Source: a virus
Lineage: Duplodnaviria > Caudoviricetes
Strand: one strand, 5' to 3'
DNA length: 64,000 bases
IMG/VR virus record: IMGVR_UViG_3300033069_001491
Coordinates: 9,014-73,013 of that record
Shown here: one piece after another, positions 19,139-27,846 of the stretch
How the letters are laid out: the number at the start of each line of letters is the position of its first letter
Position numbering within the stretch: the first letter of the stretch is position 1
Program-made: the position numbers and the translations under genes
Notes under the pieces: model-generated
The model's database searches: none
What the model was told of the DNA's origin: nothing
Seen by the model: only the letters and a program-made list of their open reading frames with translations

Positions 19139-20746
19139 TCACGACAAGGAACCAATGCCTCCCCACGGCAGGTAGAACCCATTGGTGGTGTGGAGCCACT
19201 GTTGAGAAGTGTCGGCCGTCGACCATCGCGACTGACCGGTCGATCTGCCAAATCGAGCAATCGGGAACCTGCCCATCGGCCTGGGTTCCATCTGAAAGAT
19301 GGAAGGATTGCCAGCGGCACGGAGATTGTCCCATGCACCTGCCACCAGCTCAGAATCGATCAACTCTGTCGCTCCCAAAAAAGGCGTGTCAGCGGCAACC
19401 GCATCATACCTGATGCTACCCGAATCGTTGCTCTGATCAGAAACGTAGCTGTAGGAGCTGATCGTACACGCCAAAGGACCAAACCTTGAATCGGTGCAGA
19501 AGCTCAACCCCGTGATCCCATCTGCCGAGTGGGTGCCGTTGGCCCAAGTAAGCCCGACGTTTGTCCGTGACTGACCGACAACAAAGAGGCGCGATGCTGC
19601 AGACTGTCCTGGATACAGGACCTCAGCTTCTGGTTGACCAAAAGCCAAAAAAGCATCACACGATCCAGAGGACGTAGTGCCACGTACGGCAACTAGACAC
19701 GTGCCTGTCGAGTCATCGCCCCAGGCGTAGAACCGATATCCAAGCTTTGTACCTGGTGCTAAAGGAGTACTGCCCGTAGTCGCGGCCACGGCTGCATCAA
19801 GTCCAGGTAGACACCCAACGTAGTCTGATGCTGACGTAAATGGCACGTTGAGCCACTGCAGCGCATGCAGGTGTTGTGAGCCGGGCATGCCCATAGTACC
19901 AGTCAGAAAATCTCCCATCGATCCACTGAAACCCGGGAATGCCGTCAAGGCGGGACCGCCAGCACTGAGCACGTTGCCGAACCTGACGTCTGTCGTCGAC
20001 TCCACACAAAGGCGTAGCTGCCATCCCAACGTGCCGGGCGACATCAACAACAACCGGGGGACCGTAGCTGAACCTTGGCCTTGGTAGCCCGAGGTGTTAC
20101 CGTTACCTGCCATCGCTGCAAAAGCGGCCCAAGCTGCGCCTGTTCGATTCTGCCCACGGTTGGATGCAGTACTGATGTCAGAACTGGGCGGAGGCAACCA
20201 CACAGACGCCGACAAGTAGCTACTTGTCTCCAACAACGTAGCAGACGATGTCCGGTAATCGATCTCAACAGCATTACCACTGAGCCAGTTGGTCGAATCG
20301 ATGACAGCAAAGATGCCAGAGTTGGCCAACGGATACGCCTCGCTTCGCAATGCGATCCAATCACTTAACAACGGATCACCCTGGGGCCATGGTCCAGAAC
20401 CGGAAGGCCAGCCGATCGGGTATGCCGCCTTCTGCAGATCGAAAGCGTCGGTTGAAAACTTCAATAGTGTGTGATCGCCTGAGGCGCTGACAAGACATGA
20501 CGGGTTCTGAATGCTGACAAACGACGAACTAACCTGCGTCAGTGAGAATGGTGAAATGGAGGCACTGTAGTAGGCCACCGAAAAGTCAGCGTACCCGGGT
20601 GGTTGTGGCGCGCCAGCTGACGACAAGGTGACGTACCCAAGGACACCTTGCAAGAAAGCCGTAAGGGCCCACATCGAATCGGTCGCGCCCGAAGCCCAAC
20701 ACTTGGTCCCACCGACCACCAAGTCCCGACAGACGTGAATAGTCAT
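19139..20746 (-). CDS. Family-A paralog 3, S/T/G-rich putative virion fibre/decoration protein
   Basis: MTIHVCRD..; NSGIF; WQLRLCVES; WLHTTNGFYLPWGG, shared with A1 and A2. Confidence 0.6.
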   Translation of the reverse strand: MTIHVCRDLVVGGTKCWASGATDSMWALTAFLQGVLGYVTLSSAGAPQPPGYADFSVAYYSASISPFSLTQVSSSFVSIQNPSCLVSASGDHTLLKFSTDAFDLQKAAYPIGWPSGSGPWPQGDPLLSDWIALRSEAYPLANSGIFAVIDSTNWLSGNAVEIDYRTSSATLLETSSYLSASVWLPPPSSDISTASNRGQNRTGAAWAAFAAMAGNGNTSGYQGQGSATVPRLLLMSPGTLGWQLRLCVESTTDVRFGNVLSAGGPALTAFPGFSGSMGDFLTGTMGMPGSQHLHALQWLNVPFTSASDYVGCLPGLDAAVAATTGSTPLAPGTKLGYRFYAWGDDSTGTCLVAVRGTTSSGSCDAFLAFGQPEAEVLYPGQSAASRLFVVGQSRTNVGLTWANGTHSADGITGLSFCTDSRFGPLACTISSYSYVSDQSNDSGSIRYDAVAADTPFLGATELIDSELVAGAWDNLRAAGNPSIFQMEPRPMGRFPIARFGRSTGQSRWSTADTSQQWLHTTNGFYLPWGGIGSLS

Positions 20747-22188
20747 TAGAAGCTCCTGAAAAGTGGGCGGTTAGCGACGTAGGCGTGGTCCCAAGGCCAC
20801 ATGACGCCTCCGCCAGCGTGGATCCAACGATCAGCACCATCGCCAACCCGGATGCAAAGCGGGTACGTACCAGCCGTAAACCGCACGCTGCGCAGCCTAG
20901 CTCGAGCTAGGCTGAACTGTCCGGCGGCCGATGCCTGACCCGGGACAGACGACATCCCCAAGACCGCTTCAGCCGTCACGAACTTACCAAGGCGCGGGTT
21001 CTGAAAGAGACTCCAACGAGACGTCACACCGCGTCCCAATGTGGCACCAGACGATGGTGAATTTGATAGGAACGTGGTGCCATTCCAACCCGAACCAGTG
21101 ATCGATCTGACTAGACACGGCCACCTTCGCAGAGTGGCGTCATGTGGACTCGGGAAGAAGCGGTGAGCGGCACCGTACCCTACATTCGAGATCAATGAGG
21201 CCTGTGTGGAACCCACGTTAATAGCGCAGATCGGATTCGGGTCATTGGCCTGAGGGTACAACCGGGTCGGCACCTCAATGTGGAAGAACGAACCCTTAGA
21301 TCCAGGAGAACCACCGTCATAGAGCCACGGACCGCCCACCTGACACATCAAGAATCCGGTACCACCAATCAGAGTGATGAAGCCCGGCCCTGTAGCACTG
21401 CCATGGAACCAATCAGCGCTCACCCAGCCGCCGTACGATGGACCAAGGTTCAATTCAGGAGTGATCTCACTGTAGCTCTCACTAATAAAATGCGTCCCAT
21501 CCCACGAACCTGAAGGTGACAGCTGGATGCGAGGCTCCGAAAAAGTGCTTAGACCTTCGTACGTGACGATCTTGGCCTGTGAATTTGCTTGCCCGACATT
21601 AACTTGTGATGCATCGTTAAACTGCAGGACAAAGTACTGGCCAGATGCGTACGGCAGGCCAGAAGCAGAATAGTAATCGATGACTCGGTAGTTAACACCG
21701 CTACGTGTTGTCAACGAAGGAACGGACCCCGAGGTTGAGCCTGCATCGACGGTGCCTCCCACCTGTGGATCGATGATGATTGATGATGAATTGATCCATC
21801 CAACAATCGGATAAATGCTGTCGTCTGTCGACGTAGACCCAGATTGCCATAACGTCAACCACTTTCCAACGTACGAAGCGCTAAAGGGAGACGATCCCGT
21901 GACAATGAAATAAGGCATGCCAGCCGCTGTCGACCCATCGCTGCCTGATGCCAGCAACACGTTGCTGCCCGACTCAAAGTCTGTCGGCATGCTGATGTAG
22001 CTACCTGTCAACTGTGATGTTGCCATCCACCCAGGAACACGTAGGTCGTTGGTACCGTGCAGACAGAAGCCCCAGAACTCATAGAGCAGACGCAGGATCC
22101 AACCCATGCTGCCCGCGGGCGCGTTTTGCGCGACAGGAGGCACCACATGCGCACGAACGAACTTAGCATTGAGGGGAGGAGCAGCCAT
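20746..22188 (-). CDS. Family-B paralog 3, S/T/G-rich putative virion fibre/decoration protein
   Basis: AKFVRAH..LLYEFWGFC; DDSIY; SPSGSW; FHIEVPTRLYPQ..DPNP; LARARLRSVR; GVMWPWD. Confidence 0.6.
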   Translation of the reverse strand: MAAPPLNAKFVRAHVVPPVAQNAPAGSMGWILRLLYEFWGFCLHGTNDLRVPGWMATSQLTGSYISMPTDFESGSNVLLASGSDGSTAAGMPYFIVTGSSPFSASYVGKWLTLWQSGSTSTDDSIYPIVGWINSSSIIIDPQVGGTVDAGSTSGSVPSLTTRSGVNYRVIDYYSASGLPYASGQYFVLQFNDASQVNVGQANSQAKIVTYEGLSTFSEPRIQLSPSGSWDGTHFISESYSEITPELNLGPSYGGWVSADWFHGSATGPGFITLIGGTGFLMCQVGGPWLYDGGSPGSKGSFFHIEVPTRLYPQANDPNPICAINVGSTQASLISNVGYGAAHRFFPSPHDATLRRWPCLVRSITGSGWNGTTFLSNSPSSGATLGRGVTSRWSLFQNPRLGKFVTAEAVLGMSSVPGQASAAGQFSLARARLRSVRFTAGTYPLCIRVGDGADRWIHAGGGVMWPWDHAYVANRPLFRSF

Positions 22189-22197
22189 TCGACGACC

Positions 22198-23547
22198 TCA
22201 GGGCAAAATGGTGCCCTGCCAGGGCAGGTAGACGCCATCGTTAAGATGAAGCCACAGTTGCTGTCCCGCTGTAGCGATCTGGAAGTACCCATAGTTGGAC
22301 CTTCCTAGACGAACCATGGGTGCTTGTCCCAATCGCCGTCCCTCAAGTTGCAACACCATTGCATTGGGACCAGCGGCGTTCGCGGCGTTGAGGATAGTGC
22401 CGGCGAGCAGGTCGACGGGGACCAATTCAGTTGCCGACAAATACGGGCAGTCGCCTGCCGTGGTCTGCGAACGTGCGGAAACGTTTGAGTAGGCGTTGGC
22501 AACCAACCTGTTGTAGAGGCTGTAGGTGCAACTGATAGGTTGGTTGCAGAAACCATACGACATGCCACCGCGACCGCTGGCAGCTGATGTTCCGGAAGAA
22601 GCTCCCGTCGACCAACCGATCCCAGTAGTGGTCGACGGGATGTTTGCTCCCATTACGAAGAGCCGTTGCACAGTCTTGGGCGGCAGCGGCTGCTCTTCGT
22701 TCTCCGGAAGACCAAAATGAACCATGCCGTCGGCACCACCGATCACAGCACGGGTCGCCATGTAGACGGAACCCGTATTATCGTCACCCCAGATGTAGAC
22801 ACGCACCTGAGTTCCACCCGCGGGTTCGATGCCAATCGAGGTGCCATAGTAGGTTGAGTCATGGACGTTAAAGTATAACGGTCCATGCAAGTGTTGTCCC
22901 GCCACCGCAAAATCGCCTGCCGCGTTGCCTGCCACACCCGGTGCAATTGTTGCGACTTGCGGCGTGGTACCCGCACCCAAGTCATAGCTGTTCTCAAAGC
23001 AGATCCTCACCTGCCAAGCCAGAACTGATGGGCTCTGTAGGATGATCCGACTCTGCGTTGCCGAACCTTGACCTTGGTAAGTGCTCAGGGTTCCATTGCC
23101 ACTGAAATTGAGCAAGCCGTTGAAGACCGTCTCAGATGCATACAAGGCCCAAGTCAGCCCTGACTCTACGGGCGGGAAATCACCCGATCTGTAATTGACA
23201 AAGAGCCAGTTGTTGCCAGTGTCAATTCCTGTCACTCGAAACAAGCCCGAGTTAACCATCGGATTGTTAACGCTGCGAATTGCCAGGATGCGCCCAATGT
23301 CAGAGCCTGACACGACGTAGCCATTGGGTGAGAAGGCATACTCATTTGTTGAGCCTTGGTTGATGCTGCCTGCCGCGCCCGAACCAACCTTCAAAGTAAC
23401 ACTATCAATGTTGAAGTTAGTCTGGCCAACTACCGCGTAGCCCAGGACGGTCCGAAGGAAGATGGCCAGGTAATACTGGGCCAGCCTGGAACAGTTGAGG
23501 TTGATCGGATTTCCGATCGATAGAAAATCGCGGCAAACGTGAAGCAT
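22198..23547 (-). CDS. Family-A paralog 2
   Basis: MLHVCRDF..; NSGLFRVTG; WQVRICFE; WLHLNDGVYLPWQG. Confidence 0.6.
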   Translation of the reverse strand: MLHVCRDFLSIGNPINLNCSRLAQYYLAIFLRTVLGYAVVGQTNFNIDSVTLKVGSGAAGSINQGSTNEYAFSPNGYVVSGSDIGRILAIRSVNNPMVNSGLFRVTGIDTGNNWLFVNYRSGDFPPVESGLTWALYASETVFNGLLNFSGNGTLSTYQGQGSATQSRIILQSPSVLAWQVRICFENSYDLGAGTTPQVATIAPGVAGNAAGDFAVAGQHLHGPLYFNVHDSTYYGTSIGIEPAGGTQVRVYIWGDDNTGSVYMATRAVIGGADGMVHFGLPENEEQPLPPKTVQRLFVMGANIPSTTTGIGWSTGASSGTSAASGRGGMSYGFCNQPISCTYSLYNRLVANAYSNVSARSQTTAGDCPYLSATELVPVDLLAGTILNAANAAGPNAMVLQLEGRRLGQAPMVRLGRSNYGYFQIATAGQQLWLHLNDGVYLPWQGTILP

Positions 23548-24833
23548 CAGTTGCCCCCGAGGAAGAGGTTGTAGGGTAGGATCGAGTTATCCCAAGGCCA
23601 CATCACGCCATTGACGACGTGCAGCCATTCGCCGCTGTTACCGACCCGCTCGAACTGCGGGACAATGGGAGGCAACACCCTGACACGACGCAATCGAACG
23701 CGTGCGAGCTGATACTGGCTTTGGATCATCGGGTTCTGCAACACCACGTCCGACATCAGGAACTTATTCTGATAAGTGTTGTAGTAGGCACCGTTGACCG
23801 GACCGTTAGTCGCATTCGCCATCGTATTGATGTCGATGCCGTCAAACCGCCGGGCCGCACCAAAGTACTGCATCGTAGTGTTGTCGGGCGGGTTGTGCAT
23901 GTAGAAGCCACCACCGTAGTGGTTCGACGCATCAAGCAAAGACGGGACGACGGCCGCGTATACCATCGCAGCCACTGGATTGGGATCCGTCCCCTGTGGA
24001 TACAACCGTTGAGGTACTTCGACGTGGAAACCAGAGCTCTGTCCAGTCGTTGAGGCCTTATAGTGCGTAATGATGAAGTCACCCGCAGCGAAGACGCTGA
24101 CGTAGGCCGGGCTGTCGTTGGCGGTGAACCAACCACCCGGTTGCAATTCTGTTGCTGGGTCGGAGAAGCCATAGCTGCCACTGTAAAGTCCCCATGAACC
24201 CGAGGGCGACAGAGTGATGCCCACTGCCAAGCTGGGAGACATCACTCTACGAAGCCGAACGTGTGGGCTGGGTTGGTTGGGATTGACGAGGCCAGCGTCA
24301 CACAGTTGCAGGACCAGCGAGCTCGTCGTTGCATAGGTCAGGCCAGCAGGGGCCTGAAAGTCGACCAGACGCCAATTGATGCTGCTGCGTGTCGTGAAGG
24401 ATGGGTGCAGCGAACCGGAGTACGGGGTACCACCTTGCAGTACGTTGACTCGAATGGATGACGAGTTGATCCACTGCGTGATTTGGTAAACACTGTCATC
24501 CGTAGATGAGGATCCTGACTTCCAGATAACCAAGTGCTTGTTGACATACGACGAACTGAAGGCCGTAGTGCTCAAAGAACCGAAGAAAGGCATGCCATCT
24601 GTCGTGAAGCCATCACTGCCAGACGCTAGGGTTCCCGTAGTCGCAAATGAGGTCGGCATGCCAAAAACGCCAGACGCAGGAGCGAAGGAAGCAGAACCGG
24701 GCGTCACCAGGTCTGTGTCACCATTGACACAGAAGCCCCAGAACTCGTAGAGCAGCCTAAAGAACCACGCAAATCCCTGGCCCGACGACATCGTCGGGAT
24801 GGAATGGGCTCGGATGAACTTCGCGGTCAACAT
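23547..24833 (-). CDS. Family-B paralog 2
   Basis: MLTAKFIRAH..LLYEFWGFC; DDSVY; SPSGSW; FHVEVPQRLYPQ..DPNP; GVMWPWD. Confidence 0.6.
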   Translation of the reverse strand: MLTAKFIRAHSIPTMSSGQGFAWFFRLLYEFWGFCVNGDTDLVTPGSASFAPASGVFGMPTSFATTGTLASGSDGFTTDGMPFFGSLSTTAFSSSYVNKHLVIWKSGSSSTDDSVYQITQWINSSSIRVNVLQGGTPYSGSLHPSFTTRSSINWRLVDFQAPAGLTYATTSSLVLQLCDAGLVNPNQPSPHVRLRRVMSPSLAVGITLSPSGSWGLYSGSYGFSDPATELQPGGWFTANDSPAYVSVFAAGDFIITHYKASTTGQSSGFHVEVPQRLYPQGTDPNPVAAMVYAAVVPSLLDASNHYGGGFYMHNPPDNTTMQYFGAARRFDGIDINTMANATNGPVNGAYYNTYQNKFLMSDVVLQNPMIQSQYQLARVRLRRVRVLPPIVPQFERVGNSGEWLHVVNGVMWPWDNSILPYNLFLGGN

Positions 24834-24870
24834 TGAACTGCTCCTATAGTATCATCGTTAGAACACGATG

Positions 24871-26457
24871 CTAACCACCTTTGACAACCCGGGTATTGAC
24901 GGGTACCTGGCGGTAGTAAGAGTACGTCTTGCGGTATCGGGTCGCATCGATCAGATCGACCCTAGGTGACATCTCAGGAAGAACTGGGTCGCTGCCCGGA
25001 GAAGACGCCGCGTGCGTGGCCAACCCTTCCTGCAACAGCGTGGAACCTGACGTCACCTGTGCTGCCAACACGTTAGCGCCGGCCGGAGTGGGCCCGCCCC
25101 ACGACAGGTAAACACCGTCGATAGTGTGGTAGTGGTCGCCGTAAATAGACCACTGGGACGCATTGGCACGGCCCTGCAACAGCATCGGCAACCTGCCCAA
25201 GCGGGCAGGTTGCAGCGGAAAGATCGCAGCGGCAGACGCAGACACTGTCTGGTCGACGGTGCCGATCAGGACTTCTACGTCAAAGAGCTCTGTCGTGCCA
25301 GTCCAGGCAGAAGCTACTGACGATGTCAAATAACGCACGTGCGACCTGTCAGGATTCGAGATGTCACTGTAACAGCTTAGGACACCTGGGACTGGGTACC
25401 CACGCCGGCCGAAGCCTACCACTTGGATGTTGTTGTCAGCGTGAAACTGACTGGTCCATGTCAGACTGGACGCACGGTTGCTAGACCCGGCCACGAACAA
25501 ACGCCTGACGTTGAGCGACGGATCACTCAAGTTATTGGGGGAAGGAACGGCTCGGTCATCTTCGCACAGGCCAAAGGCTGCCCAACCTGAACCACTGGTC
25601 GCCGTAGCAGGCAGTGACACATTTCGATTGACGACGACGCATGATCCGGTCAGATCATCGACCATCATTGAGATACGCCAAGAGCCCGTGGACTCCAAGG
25701 CGGGCGATAGGCCAACGACCATTCCACGGTATTGTGGATCAGACGAATTGTAGAACAACGCAGTGTGAAGATGAAGCTTTTGCCCACCCCAGGAGGACCG
25801 ATCAGGCGGCACCTCAAAAAAGTCGCCATTGCCATTGCCACCGAACCCAGGCGCAATCGAGAAGCCTGACGGGCAACAACCTGAAACGTCGTGGTTAGAC
25901 TCCAGGCACATCCTGACCTGCCAACTGGAAGGATCAGGAGACCTAAGGATGACTCGGCTCGCGTTTGACACCACGTCAGGGGCCGGCGAGAAGGAACCGT
26001 ACCCAGTCGTGGCATTGGACCCAGAGCGCCACGACCAGGACGCTGTCACTTCATCGACATAAAGTCGCCAGGATAGGTTTGACTCTGCGATGCTGCCCGT
26101 TGTCGACCGATAGTCAACGGTGAGCGTGTTGTTGATAGCGGCGTAACCGGTCACCCTGAACAGGCCAGAGTTGAAGAGTGGGTTTGCCACTGATCGCAAG
26201 GCCAAGATCCGATTGAGATCAGCCGCAGACACTACATGTGATGCAGTGGGCAACTGAACCAACACGGGCGATGTGCCAACAATAGAGGCATCGGCCCCGC
26301 CGGCAACCTGAAGGCTGCCCGACTGTACGTCAAAGTTGGTCTGGCCCACGAATGAGTACCCTCCGCAGCCCACCAGAAAAATCGTGAGTGCGTACATATT
26401 GGTACCAGGGCAGCTCGCTGAGCTAATTGTCAGGAAGTCACGAGTCAGATGTCTCAT
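24871..26457 (-). CDS. Family-A paralog 1 with C-terminal tail (true start ATG 26457)
   Basis: MRHLTRDF start overlaps the B1 stop (ATGA) and aligns with the A2/A3 starts; NSGLFRVTG; WQVRMCLES; GVYLSWGG. Confidence 0.6.
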   Translation of the reverse strand: MRHLTRDFLTISSASCPGTNMYALTIFLVGCGGYSFVGQTNFDVQSGSLQVAGGADASIVGTSPVLVQLPTASHVVSAADLNRILALRSVANPLFNSGLFRVTGYAAINNTLTVDYRSTTGSIAESNLSWRLYVDEVTASWSWRSGSNATTGYGSFSPAPDVVSNASRVILRSPDPSSWQVRMCLESNHDVSGCCPSGFSIAPGFGGNGNGDFFEVPPDRSSWGGQKLHLHTALFYNSSDPQYRGMVVGLSPALESTGSWRISMMVDDLTGSCVVVNRNVSLPATATSGSGWAAFGLCEDDRAVPSPNNLSDPSLNVRRLFVAGSSNRASSLTWTSQFHADNNIQVVGFGRRGYPVPGVLSCYSDISNPDRSHVRYLTSSVASAWTGTTELFDVEVLIGTVDQTVSASAAAIFPLQPARLGRLPMLLQGRANASQWSIYGDHYHTIDGVYLSWGGPTPAGANVLAAQVTSGSTLLQEGLATHAASSPGSDPVLPEMSPRVDLIDATRYRKTYSYYRQVPVNTRVVKGG

Positions 26458-27830
26458 ACTCCGAACCTCCAGGGCCCCTGCGGCAAGATTGATCCGTCCC
26501 AAGGCCACAGGACGCCATTCGACACGTGAACCCACCCTGGCGTATCGCCCAGTCGAGTGCCTACTCTCATGTCAGCAGTGGTGAACCGAACCCTTCTTAG
26601 CCTCGCGCGACCCGCGCTGAACTGAGACGCCAATGACAGACTGAGGATTCCGTCAGTCGTCAAGTACTCCATGTTCTCGATGTCAAGGTTGATCGTCGCG
26701 AAACGGAATGCCGGCAGAGCGAACTGTTGCCATTGACCTGTGCCGTATGCGTTTCCCGTGTAGTCAGAACGTACGTGAGTGCCCATCGGCGATCTGACAA
26801 GCGTGGTCCACTGTCTGACCACATTCGCGCGATCCAACATGGAAAAGCCGTTGTAATAGGTGCTGGCAACTTGATTGGGTGTTGCGTTCTGCCAGACGAG
26901 CCAAGCGACCGGATTCGGATCAAGTGCTTGCTGGTACAGCCTCTGTGGCACCTCCACATGAAATCCTGATCCTGACGTGAAGGTGCCTTGTGGGCCGGGC
27001 GTGTGTCCTCGTACCTCAGCAATCAGAAAGTCGCCAGCTCCGATCAGGGTGTAAGCAGCACGACCAGTCGTCGCCCCTGATCCATTGAACCAAGTGTTGA
27101 TCACTTCGGTTGCTGCATCTGTGAACAGTTGGGTGCTTGCGTTCCACGAGCCGCTAGGCGACACCTGAATCCCAATGTTTCCCTCCAACCCGACGCTAGG
27201 TCCTACTGTCTGGGTGTGATGTGTCACCTTGACTTGCGTCACCAACTGACCAGGATTAACGGTAGGCGCCGCGGGAAGGTTAAGCACCATGTATTTGCCT
27301 TCGCCCCACCCAGACAACTGGGTGGCTGCCGCAACATCGACTAGGCGCCAGTTGATCCCATGCCTGTCCCAGAAACACGGGTGGTTGCCCAACCTTCGTG
27401 TCCCTCCACTGTGTACATCTACCTGTAAGTGTGTGGCATCCAAGACGGCGGTAACGCGATAGATGCTGTCGTCAGTAGAGTCACCACCTGGCACCCACGT
27501 CACCAGGTACTTGTCGATCAGAGAGCCACTATTGACACTGGTGAAATTGACGCTGCTGGCCTGGAAGATGTCAGTACCAAAGCTAGTAGAACCGTCCGCC
27601 CCTCGGGCCAACAACACGGTACTGCCTGACTGAAAGCCGGGTGGAAACGATAGGTCAGCGATCCCACCCGGCTGCGTCAGGCTCGAGCCTCCGTTAACGC
27701 AGAACCCCCAGAACTCGTAGATCAATTTGCTAACAAATCGAACTGCCGTCGTCGGTGTCAGGCTGTTCGACCCTGTCGACGACAGGGACTTGACGTACTT
27801 GACTGGGATCTGTTGGGCAGTCGGCATCAA
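26454..27830 (-). CDS. Family-B paralog 1
   Basis: LIYEFWGFC; DDSIY; SPSGSW; FHVEVPQRLYQQ..DPNP; GVLWPWD; TATGTA motif upstream. Confidence 0.6.
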   Translation of the reverse strand: MMPTAQQIPVKYVKSLSSTGSNSLTPTTAVRFVSKLIYEFWGFCVNGGSSLTQPGGIADLSFPPGFQSGSTVLLARGADGSTSFGTDIFQASSVNFTSVNSGSLIDKYLVTWVPGGDSTDDSIYRVTAVLDATHLQVDVHSGGTRRLGNHPCFWDRHGINWRLVDVAAATQLSGWGEGKYMVLNLPAAPTVNPGQLVTQVKVTHHTQTVGPSVGLEGNIGIQVSPSGSWNASTQLFTDAATEVINTWFNGSGATTGRAAYTLIGAGDFLIAEVRGHTPGPQGTFTSGSGFHVEVPQRLYQQALDPNPVAWLVWQNATPNQVASTYYNGFSMLDRANVVRQWTTLVRSPMGTHVRSDYTGNAYGTGQWQQFALPAFRFATINLDIENMEYLTTDGILSLSLASQFSAGRARLRRVRFTTADMRVGTRLGDTPGWVHVSNGVLWPWDGSILPQGPWRFGV

Positions 27831-27846
27831 CCACTACATACCCCAG

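Noticed and set aside
18698-27830. Diversity-generating retroelement targets in the paralog array
   Set aside because: No reverse transcriptase or near-identical template/variable repeat pair seen; paralogs are highly diverged at the DNA level
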